A stretch of DNA of 64,000 nucleotides from an uncultured Eubacteriales bacterium (GCA_934446365.1 CAKSDZ010000001.1:257521-321520); one strand, 5' to 3'. Positions 45,867-55,376 are shown, numbered from the stretch's first letter. Notes: generated by a model not told the origin, from the letters alone. Translations and numbers: made by a program.

Positions 45867-46649
45867 ATGGAAGAGCAGTTTATACGCACCGCGTTCCTTG
45901 TCGGAGATTCCGCGGTCGAACGCTTGAAGCGCTCCCGCGTGATTCTGTTCGGTGTCGGCGGCGTCGGCTCTTACTGTGCGGAAGCGCTGGCGCGTGCCGG
46001 GGTTGGCACGATATGCCTTGTCGACCCCGATTCCGTGTCGGAATCGAATATCAACCGTCAGCTTGTCGCGCTTCATTCCACTGTTGGCAAAAACAAGGCC
46101 GAGGTGATGAAGGCGCGCATTGCCGATATCAACCCCACGGCAAACGTAACCGCGCTTTCCATGTTCTATCTGCCGGAAAATGCGGATTCCGTCGATCTTT
46201 CCTCGTATGATATTATTATCGATGCCATCGATACCGTATCCGCGAAAATCGAGCTTGCCGTGCGGGCAAATGCAGAGGGTGTTCCGATTGTCAGCGCGAT
46301 GGGGGCAGGGAATAAGCTTCATCCGGAACTGCTCGAAATTGCGGATCTTGCCAAAACCGAGGGATGCCCGCTTGCCAGAATCATGCGCCGGGAGCTTCGT
46401 GCACGGGGGATTCTGCATATGAGCGTCGTATATTCTAAGGAAACGCCGCTGCCGCCGCATGCGGATTATGCGGATAATCCCGATCGGATTCCGAAGGGCA
46501 AGAGGCAGGTGCCGGGGAGCATATCGTTCGTGCCGTCCGCGGCGGGACTTTTGCTCGCTTCGGAAGCGGTGAGACTATTGTTGAAACAGGAAAAAGTGAA
46601 CAAGGATGGTTACGGAACGGAAATTTGGATTTCTGACGAAAAATCATGA
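45867..46649 (+). CDS. tcdA: tRNA threonylcarbamoyladenosine dehydratase (ThiF/E1-like)
   Basis: VILFGVGGVGSYCAEALARAGVG...LVDPDSVSESNINRQ motifs. ATG at 45867 has a GGAGGA RBS. The alternative ATG at 45843 overlaps the typA stop. Confidence 0.8.
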   Translation: MEEQFIRTAFLVGDSAVERLKRSRVILFGVGGVGSYCAEALARAGVGTICLVDPDSVSESNINRQLVALHSTVGKNKAEVMKARIADINPTANVTALSMFYLPENADSVDLSSYDIIIDAIDTVSAKIELAVRANAEGVPIVSAMGAGNKLHPELLEIADLAKTEGCPLARIMRRELRARGILHMSVVYSKETPLPPHADYADNPDRIPKGKRQVPGSISFVPSAAGLLLASEAVRLLLKQEKVNKDGYGTEIWISDEKS

Positions 46650-46668
46650 ATTTTTTGTGAAAAAACGG

Positions 46669-46696
46669 TTGACAAATGTCGTATTTGTGATATAAT
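46669..46696 (+). promoter_or_regulatory. Near-consensus sigma-A promoter with extended -10
   Basis: TTGACA (46669-46674), 16-nt spacer, TGaTATAAT (TATAAT 46691-46696). Confidence 0.65.
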
Positions 46697-46702
46697 AATT
46701 TC

Positions 46703-46783
46703 ATTCTTACAATTATATATGCTTTCAGGTATGGTCCAATAGGGTCGTACTTCAAATAACAGGTTTTTGCCTGTTATTTTTTT
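46703..46783 (+). ncRNA. Candidate small RNA of about 80 nt (unknown family)
   Basis: It lies between the strong promoter and an intrinsic terminator (AATAACAGG-TTTTTG-CCTGTTATT plus T7, 46755-46783). An internal hairpin sits at 46729-46750. No ORF with an RBS. Confidence 0.4.
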
Positions 46784-46806
46784 ATCTGAAATTTTCATTT
46801 TCCGCA

Positions 46807-46845
46807 AACCCCGAAATGTTTCTTTTCGGGGTTGTTTTATTTTTG
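46807..46845 (+). terminator. Second intrinsic terminator
   Basis: AACCCCGAA...TTCGGGGTT hairpin followed by GTTTTATTTTT. Confidence 0.75.
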
Positions 46846-46956
46846 TTCTGTGGTTTGTTTGTGGCGAATTTGTGGAATATTTGCTCGAATTTTGGCACAC
46901 GAATCTCATGAGTGTTGAAGTTAACAAAAATTTCATAAAAATATTGGGAAATAGTC

Positions 46957-46985
46957 TTGACAAACGGGTGAAATAGTGGTAAAAC
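46957..46985 (+). promoter_or_regulatory. Sigma-A-type promoter of the hrcA operon
   Basis: TTGACA (46957-46962), 17-nt spacer, TAAAAC (46980-46985), immediately upstream of CIRCE. Confidence 0.6.
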
Positions 46986-46996
46986 TATTACAAAGT

Positions 46997-47023
46997 TTAG
47001 CACTTGACAAGATTGAGTGCTAA
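46997..47023 (+). promoter_or_regulatory. CIRCE operator (HrcA binding site)
   Basis: TTAGCACTT-N9-GAGTGCTAA matches the CIRCE consensus TTAGCACTC-N9-GAGTGCTAA in 17 of 18 positions. It lies between the promoter and the hrcA start. Confidence 0.93.
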
Positions 47024-47038
47024 AAACGGGGTGAGAAA

Positions 47039-48112
47039 ATGGAAAATAAGCTTATCGTCGGCGGTGATCTGAGCCAAAGGAAAAAGCTTATCCTGCGTTC
47101 TGTGATCGAATCGCACATCACGACAGGCGAGCCGATCGGCTCAAAATATCTGATGACGAAATCCGACATCCCGTATTCCTCCGCTACGATTCGCAATGAA
47201 ATGGCGGAGCTTGAGGACATGGGATATCTCGAACAGCCGCATACGTCGGCGGGCAGGGTTCCGACCAGTCTTGGATATCGGTTTTATGTCGATGCGTTGA
47301 TGGAAAGCTATAAGCTGACCGCAACGGAAATTGTTTCATTGAACAATATCATCAAAAACAAAATGGGAGAGCTGGATTCCATCCTGAAAAGCGCTTCTAA
47401 GCTGATCGCTTCGATGACCAATTATACGACGGTTGCGGTGAAAGCTCCTCACACCGACGCTTTGACGGTGTCTCAGTTTTCCTATATGCTTCTTGAACCG
47501 ACGGCCTTTCTGCTTGTGATGCGCATGTCCGACGGAAATGTCGAAACACGGCATATCCGAACGGAAATTCCGGTGGATGAGGAGATGCTCTCAAAGCTGT
47601 CCGACGTTCTCGGCGACAATTTCTGCGGTGTGACTTCCAATGCCATTACGCTTCCCATGATTATGAAAGCGGAAACGGAAATGGGTTCTGCCGGAACGAT
47701 AATCGCTCTCGCAATCAAGGCGCTTTACGACACCATCGGAAAGCCGGATGAGGCCGATATCAATTTTGAGGGAATCAACAGATTGCTTGAATATCCTGAG
47801 TTTTCAGATGTGGAACAGATGAAAAAGGTCATCAGCATGTTTGAAAACAAGGATGATCTGATGAAAATCATCGAAAGCGCCGACGACGACAAAGTCAATA
47901 TCTTCATCGGGCAGGACGGGGAGCTTGTCGATAATTCCGCGTTTGTTTTCAAAACCATCAAGGTCGGCGGAAAGCCGGTGGGCGCTATCGGCGTATTCGG
48001 TCCGAGCCGGATGGATTATTCCAAAGTAATTTCGACGGTCGAATACCTCTCGAAAAACCTGTCGGGTGAGAGCGCGGCGGGCTTTCTCGGGGAACCCGAG
48101 GATGAAGAATAG
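47039..48112 (+). CDS. hrcA: Heat-inducible transcription repressor HrcA
   Basis: LSQRKKLILRSVIESHITTGEPIGSKYL winged-helix N-terminus. 357 aa. First gene of the hrcA-grpE-dnaK-dnaJ operon. Confidence 0.95.
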   Translation: MENKLIVGGDLSQRKKLILRSVIESHITTGEPIGSKYLMTKSDIPYSSATIRNEMAELEDMGYLEQPHTSAGRVPTSLGYRFYVDALMESYKLTATEIVSLNNIIKNKMGELDSILKSASKLIASMTNYTTVAVKAPHTDALTVSQFSYMLLEPTAFLLVMRMSDGNVETRHIRTEIPVDEEMLSKLSDVLGDNFCGVTSNAITLPMIMKAETEMGSAGTIIALAIKALYDTIGKPDEADINFEGINRLLEYPEFSDVEQMKKVISMFENKDDLMKIIESADDDKVNIFIGQDGELVDNSAFVFKTIKVGGKPVGAIGVFGPSRMDYSKVISTVEYLSKNLSGESAAGFLGEPEDEE

Positions 48113-48129
48113 AAAGGATAGAAAGAAAA

Positions 48130-48666
48130 ATGGATGAAAAAACGATGAACGACGAGAATAAAGATACGGCGGAAACGCCGGTTGGGGAAAAACCGACAAA
48201 GGCGGAGAAAAAGGATATCGCAAAGCTCAACGAGGAGCTGGAAAAAACGAAAGCGGAGCTTGCCGCCTTGAATGACAAATACCTGCGCATGATCGCGGAA
48301 TATGACAATTTCCGCAAGCGCTCCGGTAAGGAACGCGAAGGCGTGTATGCCGATGCTTATGGCGATGCGTTGACGGCGATTCTGCCGGTTATGGACAATT
48401 TGGAGCGTGCGCTTGCCTTTTCGGAGGGCGAGACACTGACGGAGGGCGTAAAAATGACGCTCCGGCAGTTTGAGGACGCCTTGAAGCGCCTCGGGGTAGA
48501 ACCGTTCGGCGCAAGGGGCGATGAATTTGATCCCAAAATTCACAATGCCATTATGCAGACGGAGGATGCGGAGCTCGGAGAAAACAAGGTGGCCGAGGTG
48601 CTCCAAAAGGGATATACAAAGGGTGAGAAAATCATCCGGCATGCGATGGTAAAGGTTTCAAAATAA
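48130..48666 (+). CDS. grpE: Nucleotide exchange factor GrpE
   Basis: YLRMIAEYDNFRKR...LLPVMDNLERAL...FDPKIHNAIM GrpE motifs. Confidence 0.95.
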   Translation: MDEKTMNDENKDTAETPVGEKPTKAEKKDIAKLNEELEKTKAELAALNDKYLRMIAEYDNFRKRSGKEREGVYADAYGDALTAILPVMDNLERALAFSEGETLTEGVKMTLRQFEDALKRLGVEPFGARGDEFDPKIHNAIMQTEDAELGENKVAEVLQKGYTKGEKIIRHAMVKVSK

Positions 48667-48738
48667 TTTTTGAATACGGCGAATATATATTAACAATCAA
48701 AAATATATAGAATTTTTAACAATATGGAGGAATAGATT

Positions 48739-50562
48739 ATGGGAAAAATTATAGGCATTGACCTTGGTACAACAAACTCTTGTGTGGCGGTATATGAAGG
48801 CGGCGAGCCGACCGTCATCACCAATCCGGAGGGCTCGAGAACGACACCTTCCGTCGTCGCTTTCTCCAAGGACGGCGAGCGTATGATCGGTCAGATCGCC
48901 AAAAGACAGGCGATTACAAATCCGGAAAGAACCGTTATGAGCATCAAACGCCATATGGGAACGGATTATAAGGTGGAAATCGACGGCAAAAAATATACGC
49001 CTCAGGAAATTTCGGCGATGATTCTCCAAAAGCTGAAAGCGGATGCGGAAAGCTATCTCGGAACCACGGTCACGCAGGCCGTCATTACGGTTCCCGCATA
49101 CTTCTCGGATTCTCAGAGACAGGCGACCAAGGATGCCGGCAAAATCGCCGGACTGGATGTGCTCAGAATCATCAACGAGCCGACGGCCGCGGCGCTTGCC
49201 TATGGCATCGACAAGGACGGCACCGGCCAAAAGGTCATGATCTTCGACCTCGGCGGCGGTACGTTCGATGTTTCCATTCTTGAAATTTCGGACGGCGTAT
49301 TCGAGGTACTTGCAACCAACGGCAATACACGTCTCGGCGGAGATGATTTTGATAATCGCATCATCGACTGGATTGCCGAAACCTTTATGAAAGAAAACGG
49401 CGGCATCGACCTGCGGAAAGACAAGATGGCGCTTCAACGTTTGAAAGAAGCTGCGGAAAAGGCGAAAATTGAGCTTTCCGGCATGGCAAGTGCAAATATC
49501 AATCTGCCGTTTATCACGGCGGACGCAACCGGTCCGAAGCATTTCAACGCCGATCTTTCGAGAGCAAAATTCAACGAGCTTACCGCAGATCTTGTGGATA
49601 AGTGCATGGGACCGTGCCAGCAGGCATTGAAGGATGCAGGGCTTTCGATTTCGCAGATCGACAAGGTGCTTCTCGTCGGCGGCTCCACGAGAATTCCCGC
49701 AGTCCAAGAGGCCGTCAAAAAGTTCAGCGGCAAGGAGCCGTTCAAGGGCATCAATCCGGATGAATGCGTCGCCATCGGCGCGGCGATTCAGGGCGGCGTT
49801 CTCGGCGGAGAGGTCAAGGACCTGCTTCTGCTCGACGTGACGCCTCTGTCTCTCGGAATCGAAACGCTCGGCGGTATCTGCACGAAGATTATCGAGCGCA
49901 ACACGACCATCCCGGTCAAGAAATCTCAGGTATTTTCCACTGCGGCGGACGGTCAGACGTCGGTTGAGATTCATGTGCTTCAAGGCGAGCGTGAAAGAGC
50001 CGCAGACAATACGACGCTCGGACGCTTCTCGCTCGACGGAATCCCTGCGGCGCCGCGCGGCATACCGCAGATCGAAGTCACGTTCGATATCGACGCCAAC
50101 GGCATCGTGAACGTCACGGCGCTTGACAAGGGCACGGGTAAGGAACAGCACGTTACCATTACCTCCTCCACCAACATGAGCAAGGAGGACATCGAAAAGG
50201 CGGTCAAGGATGCGGAGAAATTCGCGGAGGAAGACAAGAAGTTCAAAGAGCTTGTCGAAACCAAAAATCAGGCGGAATCCATGATCAGCCAAAGCGAAAA
50301 AGTGATATCCGAAGCGGGAGACAAGATTTCCGAGGACGACAAGCAGGCGCTTCGTGCCGAAGCCGACCGTTTGAAAGAAACGGTCAAATCGGATAATATC
50401 GATTCCATCAAGAGCGGTCTTGAATCGTTCCAAAAGAAATTCTATGAGATTTCCGAGAAGCTCTACAAGGCTTCCGGCGCCGGAGAGGCAAACGGTGCGG
50501 GGGAAAGCGCCGGTACTCAGAATGAAGACGGCAGCTTCAACGCGGATTACACTGAAAAATAA
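48739..50562 (+). CDS. dnaK: Molecular chaperone DnaK (Hsp70)
   Basis: [29 protein letters not shown] and [14 protein letters not shown] Hsp70 signatures. 607 aa. Confidence 0.98.
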   Translation: MGKIIGIDLGTTNSCVAVYEGGEPTVITNPEGSRTTPSVVAFSKDGERMIGQIAKRQAITNPERTVMSIKRHMGTDYKVEIDGKKYTPQEISAMILQKLKADAESYLGTTVTQAVITVPAYFSDSQRQATKDAGKIAGLDVLRIINEPTAAALAYGIDKDGTGQKVMIFDLGGGTFDVSILEISDGVFEVLATNGNTRLGGDDFDNRIIDWIAETFMKENGGIDLRKDKMALQRLKEAAEKAKIELSGMASANINLPFITADATGPKHFNADLSRAKFNELTADLVDKCMGPCQQALKDAGLSISQIDKVLLVGGSTRIPAVQEAVKKFSGKEPFKGINPDECVAIGAAIQGGVLGGEVKDLLLLDVTPLSLGIETLGGICTKIIERNTTIPVKKSQVFSTAADGQTSVEIHVLQGERERAADNTTLGRFSLDGIPAAPRGIPQIEVTFDIDANGIVNVTALDKGTGKEQHVTITSSTNMSKEDIEKAVKDAEKFAEEDKKFKELVETKNQAESMISQSEKVISEAGDKISEDDKQALRAEADRLKETVKSDNIDSIKSGLESFQKKFYEISEKLYKASGAGEANGAGESAGTQNEDGSFNADYTEK

Positions 50563-50574
50563 TTTGATATTTGT

Positions 50575-50606
50575 TGTTAAGGGCGGACTTTGCGTTCGCC
50601 CTTAAC
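50575..50606 (+). other. Intercistronic stem-loop between dnaK and dnaJ
   Basis: 10-bp perfect stem GTTAAGGGCG / CGCCCTTAAC with a 12-nt loop and no T-run. Probably an mRNA stability or processing element rather than a full terminator. Confidence 0.5.
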
Positions 50607-50625
50607 AGGGTTAGGACGGACAGGA

Positions 50626-51768
50626 ATGAGAGACTATTATGAAGTCCTTGGCGTTTCCAAAAACGCTTCGGACGATGAAATAAAAAAAGCATATCGGGCG
50701 CTTGCGAAAAAATACCATCCGGATATGAATCCCGGTGACAAAGAAGCCGAGGAGAAATTCAAGGAGGTCAATCAGGCGTATGCGGTGCTGTCGGATCCCG
50801 ATAAAAAATCGAAATACGACAGATTCGGCCCCGAAGCGGCGGATGGCGGTGCCGGCTACGGAGACGGCTTCGACGGCTTCGGCGGCTTCGGCTTCTCAGG
50901 AGAGGGCTTCGATATCAGCGATATTTTCGAGGGTTTTTTCGGCGGAGGCGGAACCCGCGGTCACCGGAATAATGGACCTTCCCGCGGAGACGACCTTCTT
51001 CAGAAGATATTTATTTCCTTTGAAGAAGCGGCATTCGGCTGCAAAAAGGAGATCAAATATTCCCGTGTGGAAAAATGTGCGGGATGCGGCGGCACCGGCT
51101 GTGCGTCGGGAACATCACCCAAGGTCTGCTCCAAATGCGGCGGCACCGGTCAGATCAAGGTTCAGCAGAGAACGCCTCTCGGCGTATTTCAGACAACAAA
51201 AACCTGCGACGCCTGCGGCGGCGCAGGACAAACCATTGCAAATCCTTGTAAAACCTGCCGCGGAACCGGAATCACAAACGTCTCCAAAACGCTTGAGGTT
51301 TCGATTCCCGCCGGAATCGACAACGGTCAGCGCATAACGCTGCGCGGCATGGGTAACTGCGGGAAGAACGGCGGCCCCTCGGGAGACCTTTACATTGCCG
51401 TTCAGGTGCGCGCGCACAGCGTATTCACACGCGACGGCTTCAATATTTACTGCGAGATTCCGATTACATTTCCGGAGGCGGCGCTCGGCGCCGAAATCCG
51501 GATTCCGACGCTGGAGGGAGACACCACCTATACGATACCGGAGGGCACGCAGACCGGCACGTCCTTTACCATAAAGGGCAAAGGAATCCCTTATATCAAC
51601 GGCAAGGGAAGAGGCGACTTGATTTTTAAGGTGACCGTTGAGGTGCCGAAAGGAATGAATGAATTGCAGAAGGACGCGCTCCGCAAATTTGCGGAAGCCT
51701 GCGGAAAATCCAATTATTCCAAAAAGGAAAAGTTTTTCTCAAAAATTTTCGGGAAGGATAAAGGCTGA
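50626..51768 (+). CDS. dnaJ: Molecular chaperone DnaJ
   Basis: [34 protein letters not shown] domain, G/F-rich region and four CxxCxGxG zinc-finger repeats. ATG at 50626. Confidence 0.96.
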   Translation: MRDYYEVLGVSKNASDDEIKKAYRALAKKYHPDMNPGDKEAEEKFKEVNQAYAVLSDPDKKSKYDRFGPEAADGGAGYGDGFDGFGGFGFSGEGFDISDIFEGFFGGGGTRGHRNNGPSRGDDLLQKIFISFEEAAFGCKKEIKYSRVEKCAGCGGTGCASGTSPKVCSKCGGTGQIKVQQRTPLGVFQTTKTCDACGGAGQTIANPCKTCRGTGITNVSKTLEVSIPAGIDNGQRITLRGMGNCGKNGGPSGDLYIAVQVRAHSVFTRDGFNIYCEIPITFPEAALGAEIRIPTLEGDTTYTIPEGTQTGTSFTIKGKGIPYINGKGRGDLIFKVTVEVPKGMNELQKDALRKFAEACGKSNYSKKEKFFSKIFGKDKG

Positions 51769-52688
51769 TGACGTGGACGCAGGTTAGGGTTACATGTAAA
51801 ACGGAGGAGCTGGATACGGTCTGCGCCGTCATGTCTATGCTGGATTCCTCCGTTATGATAGAGGATTACAGCGACATTGAAACGGGGCTTAAAACGGTTT
51901 ATGGGGATTTGATTGACGAATCGATACTGAAAAGCGATAAGAGCATCGCTGCGTGCAGCATCTATGTGCCCGAAGACAAAAATGTAAACGAATACGTTTC
52001 CTATATCGACGCAAGGCTTGCGGACATCGGAATCGTCCCTCGGATTGAGATTTTGGGTACGGATGAGGAAGAATGGTCGACGGCATGGAAAAAATATTAC
52101 AAACCGACCCACATCGGGAAAAAGCTTGTCGTTGTTCCGAGCTGGGAAACTTATGAGGCTATCCCCGGCGAAATCGTGATTTGCATGGACCCCGGGATGG
52201 CATTTGGAACGGGAACACACGAGACAACCCGGTTGTGTGCGGAGCTGCTTGAAGAATATCTTGTCCCGGGCGACCGGCTGCTCGATGTCGGAAGCGGCAG
52301 CGGAATCCTCGCCATTTGCGCTTCCAAGCTTGGCGCCTCGGCATGCGAAGCATGTGACATCGATCCCGTGGCAGTACGCACCGAAAAGGAAAATGCCGTT
52401 CGCAACGGCTGCGGCAATATTGACTGCTTTGTTTCCGATCTTCTTTCAGAAGTGAAGCTGCCGGAGGATAAAAAATACGATGTGATAACTGCCAATATTG
52501 TTGCGGATATCATTATCAGGCTGTCCTCCGAAATCGGCTCTTATTTGAAGGAAGGCGGCTATTTCATCGCTTCCGGCATCATCGACGAGCGGGAGAGGGA
52601 AGTGGACGAGGCGATGATGCGCCATGGATTTGTCAAAGTGGATTCCAAGGCCGAGAACGGATGGCGTGCTGAAATTTATAGAAAGTAA
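51768..52688 (+). CDS. prmA: Ribosomal protein L11 methyltransferase
   Basis: The ATG overlaps the dnaJ stop (TGATG). IDPGMAFGTGTHETTRLC and LLDVGSGSGILAI SAM motifs. Confidence 0.93.
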   Translation: MTWTQVRVTCKTEELDTVCAVMSMLDSSVMIEDYSDIETGLKTVYGDLIDESILKSDKSIAACSIYVPEDKNVNEYVSYIDARLADIGIVPRIEILGTDEEEWSTAWKKYYKPTHIGKKLVVVPSWETYEAIPGEIVICMDPGMAFGTGTHETTRLCAELLEEYLVPGDRLLDVGSGSGILAICASKLGASACEACDIDPVAVRTEKENAVRNGCGNIDCFVSDLLSEVKLPEDKKYDVITANIVADIIIRLSSEIGSYLKEGGYFIASGIIDEREREVDEAMMRHGFVKVDSKAENGWRAEIYRK

Positions 52689-52767
52689 GTGTCATATCGG
52701 TATTGGTTTCTTGTATTTTTATGGATAATTTTATGAGTTTTACGCATTTTGAAAGGAAGAACGGGAA

Positions 52768-53265
52768 ATGATTGAGATTAGAGAAGTAAAAAATGCTATT
52801 ATGAATAATCCGCTTGATATGGCACGACTCGCAAAGCTATCTTACGAAAAATACAGTCGAGAGACAAGCTCACATGAAAATTTGCCCATTTTACCGTATA
52901 ATGACTATGAAAAGGCATTTTCATCGGCAACTGGAAAAATAAGTGCTGTGGTGGCAACAGATGACGAAAAAATTGTAGGATTTTTGCTTTATGAAACCGT
53001 CGAGGATGACGGTGTAACCTATTGCAACATTCCTCTTTTCGGCTATGGTGCGGAAAACATGAAAGTACTTGACCGGCTGTTCGGCTTCCTTGCTGAAAAA
53101 ATTGTCTTGGGTAAAACCGAGTTCTCGGTACACATCTACGCTCATGATAGGGAAACACAACGGTTGCTATCATTTCTACAGTTTTACACGATGTCGGAAA
53201 AGTGTATCCGCACCGAATATCTTATGATGAGGAAAATAAACGATTATTCTTTTCTGAAAAAATAG
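52768..53265 (+). CDS. Hypothetical protein, possibly GNAT-fold acetyltransferase-like
   Basis: 165 aa. The pattern ...ISAVVATDDEKIVGFLLYE...HIYAHDRETQRLLSFLQFYTM is GNAT-like but weak. The gene sits in an AT-richer insert between prmA and rsmE. Confidence 0.4.
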   Translation: MIEIREVKNAIMNNPLDMARLAKLSYEKYSRETSSHENLPILPYNDYEKAFSSATGKISAVVATDDEKIVGFLLYETVEDDGVTYCNIPLFGYGAENMKVLDRLFGFLAEKIVLGKTEFSVHIYAHDRETQRLLSFLQFYTMSEKCIRTEYLMMRKINDYSFLKK

Positions 53266-53616
53266 AATAAAAGCATTATTTTCATAGACGAAATATGAGT
53301 AATTATCATTGACTTATACATGTTACAATTTGCAGAGGCTTGGGATTATCCCAACAAGTAAAAATACGAGGAATTTTACAGAAAAATGAACCTCAAAATA
53401 GCAGATAATGGTTCAAATACATTTTTCAGTGGTGCTAAAATGGTGACCAACCTTGCAAGATCACCCTATACAGAAATACATAGAGATATACGACTTTATG
53501 TGAAAACCCTTTATTTTTAGCCGCCTTCACGGGGTTTTATAAACGCCCATGGAAAGTTATAAAGAGATTTTGCTTATATAATCAATAAAAAATCACGTAA
53601 AATTTCCTCAAAATTC

Positions 53617-53645
53617 TTTACAAAATTTTCTTTTTGGTATATAAT
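53617..53645 (+). promoter_or_regulatory. Sigma-A-type promoter of rsmE
   Basis: TTTACA (53617-53622), 17-nt spacer, TATAAT (53640-53645). Confidence 0.6.
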
Positions 53646-53658
53646 AAAAGCTGTTAGT

Positions 53659-53701
53659 ACGGGATATGTGATTTTTTATATATCCCGTTTCTGTTTGTGT
53701 T
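53659..53701 (+). other. 5' leader stem-loop (terminator-like) upstream of rsmE
   Basis: 9-bp stem ACGGGATAT / ATATCCCGT with a 12-nt loop, followed by TTCTGTTTGTGTT. It begins about 7 nt after the predicted TSS. Confidence 0.45.
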
Positions 53702-53727
53702 GGAAACACTTCACGGGAGGATGACGA

Positions 53728-54462
53728 ATGCCGAGGTTTTTTCTTTCCTCCGGAGCTTCGGAATCCGGATTTTTTGAAATTGTCGGCGATGATGCAAAGC
53801 ATATTTCCTTTTCGCTTCGGATGCGCATAGGGGAGCATCTTACGGTATGCGACGGCGACGGAACGGATTATGATTGCGTGATTTCCGAAATGGATGGAAA
53901 AACGGTTCGGGTCGATATCGTGAAAAGCGTGCCGTCATGTGCGGAGCCGCCGTTTCATATCCGTTTATATCAGTCGGTCCCGAAGGGCGATAAGCTGGAT
54001 TACATCGTGCAGAAAGCGGTGGAGCTCGGGATATCTGAAATTGTTCCGGTGTATTCTGCGAGATGTATTGTAAAACCGACTGCGGCGGGAGAGGAAAAAC
54101 GCTTTCTGCGGCTCGGAAGAATCGCTGAGGAGGCCGCAAAGCAATGCGGAAGGGGCAGAATCCCTCGGGTGTTTCCGTCTGTGAGCTTTTCCGACGCCGT
54201 AAGAGGTGCTCAAACAGAGAATACTTTTATTTGCTATGAGAACGAGGATTCCCTCAGCCTTCGCCGGTATTTGGAAACCTCTTTCAGGTGTAAGGGGAAT
54301 ATGGTCGCTTTTTTTGTCGGGCCGGAGGGCGGTTATGCCAAGGAGGAAATTGAGCTTGCGGCATCGGCGGGAATCCCATCCGTAAAGCTCGGGGCGCGAA
54401 TCCTCAGATGCGAGACGGCTTCCGGTTTTGTGCTGTCCTGTATCTCATATGCATTTGAATAA
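53728..54462 (+). CDS. rsmE: 16S rRNA (uracil1498-N3)-methyltransferase
   Basis: MPRFFL... N-terminus with a PUA-like domain, then the SPOUT knot motifs FVGPEGGYAKEEIE...LGARILRCETA. Confidence 0.92.
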   Translation: MPRFFLSSGASESGFFEIVGDDAKHISFSLRMRIGEHLTVCDGDGTDYDCVISEMDGKTVRVDIVKSVPSCAEPPFHIRLYQSVPKGDKLDYIVQKAVELGISEIVPVYSARCIVKPTAAGEEKRFLRLGRIAEEAAKQCGRGRIPRVFPSVSFSDAVRGAQTENTFICYENEDSLSLRRYLETSFRCKGNMVAFFVGPEGGYAKEEIELAASAGIPSVKLGARILRCETASGFVLSCISYAFE

Positions 54463-54547
54463 AAGCGATGAAAATAATCCGAGTCCGTCGGTGGTCGGAC
54501 AAATATACAAGAGATGAAAATATATACCGCCGAGATAGGAAAACACA

Positions 54548-55321
54548 ATGACTGATAAGAATGTGAAAAAAACGCAAAAAAATTCGGTTTTGCCGAAGGA
54601 GGATATTCAGCTTTATCGGCTGTTTGCCATATTCGGCGCGGCGATTATCGGATTTGCGGGACTGAGACTGATTAACGAAAGCAAGCTTTTGCGTTTTCTG
54701 AAAATCGGCAAATGGTTTGCGCTGGCTCTCCTCGTTCTTGTAATCGCGTGGGTCGTTTACATCCGTTGTATTAAAAAAATCGATGAAAGCGGCAAGATAT
54801 TTACAAGTGTCGGCGTCTCCTATTTTTTGATTCCCGTATTGCTCATATTGGTCACCTATCCCACCTTTAATAATGCAAATGTAAAATATCAGGTCGCTTT
54901 TGCAGGAGTTTCTCTTTTTGCGGTTATCTATAATATTTTTAAACGAGAGTTCAAAAACATCTCCGCTCTTACATTTGTGTGTGCCGCCTTTCTTTATTAT
55001 ATACATGCAACGACCTATAACTGGCTTGAAAATGCGATCAGTGTGGCTTCCAAGGTATTGATTTTCTTGATACCGGCTGCTGTAATCGTCCTGCTTATTT
55101 GTGCATTCCGGTCAAAGAACGGAAGTGTAAAAATCTCCGGACGGGAAATTTATAAGCTTCCGAGCAGATTTGCCGGCGTTTTGGCGCTTATTATGTGCGT
55201 ATTCTTCCTTGTCGCAGGCGTTCTTCTTTTGGCGGCTCCTGCTTCTTATTTATATATCATGATATCCCTTTTGGCTCTGTATGTGATCATTGGTATAGTT
55301 TGTACGATAAGACTTATATAA
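54548..55321 (+). CDS. Hypothetical polytopic membrane protein
   Basis: 257 aa with about 7 hydrophobic spans. No recognisable family. Confidence 0.6.
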   Translation: MTDKNVKKTQKNSVLPKEDIQLYRLFAIFGAAIIGFAGLRLINESKLLRFLKIGKWFALALLVLVIAWVVYIRCIKKIDESGKIFTSVGVSYFLIPVLLILVTYPTFNNANVKYQVAFAGVSLFAVIYNIFKREFKNISALTFVCAAFLYYIHATTYNWLENAISVASKVLIFLIPAAVIVLLICAFRSKNGSVKISGREIYKLPSRFAGVLALIMCVFFLVAGVLLLAAPASYLYIMISLLALYVIIGIVCTIRLI

Positions 55322-55347
55322 TTTTATATATTTTTACGAAAAAACTA

Positions 55348-55376
55348 TTGAATTTCTACAAAATATGAGTTAAAAT
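55348..55376 (+). promoter_or_regulatory. Sigma-A-type promoter of the PucR-family regulator
   Basis: TTGAAT (55348-55353), 17-nt spacer, TAAAAT (55371-55376). Confidence 0.5.

Noticed and set aside
46767-46976. 69-aa ORF between tcdA and hrcA
   Set aside because: It starts inside the first terminator hairpin, runs through the second terminator and into the hrcA promoter. It has no RBS and is not credible as a gene.
48697-50433. 578-aa ORF on the minus strand opposite dnaK
   Set aside because: Long antisense open frames opposite hsp70/dnaK are a well-known codon-bias artefact. There are no translation signals, and the sense strand encodes canonical DnaK.
52768-53265. Idea that the GNAT-like ORF is a TacT/AtaT-type toxin of a toxin-antitoxin pair
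   Set aside because: No small RHH/DUF1778-type antitoxin ORF lies upstream (only 79 nt to prmA) or overlapping downstream. The GNAT similarity itself is weak.
53386-53520. 44-codon ORF in the prmA-rsmE insert
   Set aside because: The only purine-rich stretch (GAGGA) is 13 nt from the ATG. The peptide has no recognisable pattern. I kept it only as a note inside the insert finding.
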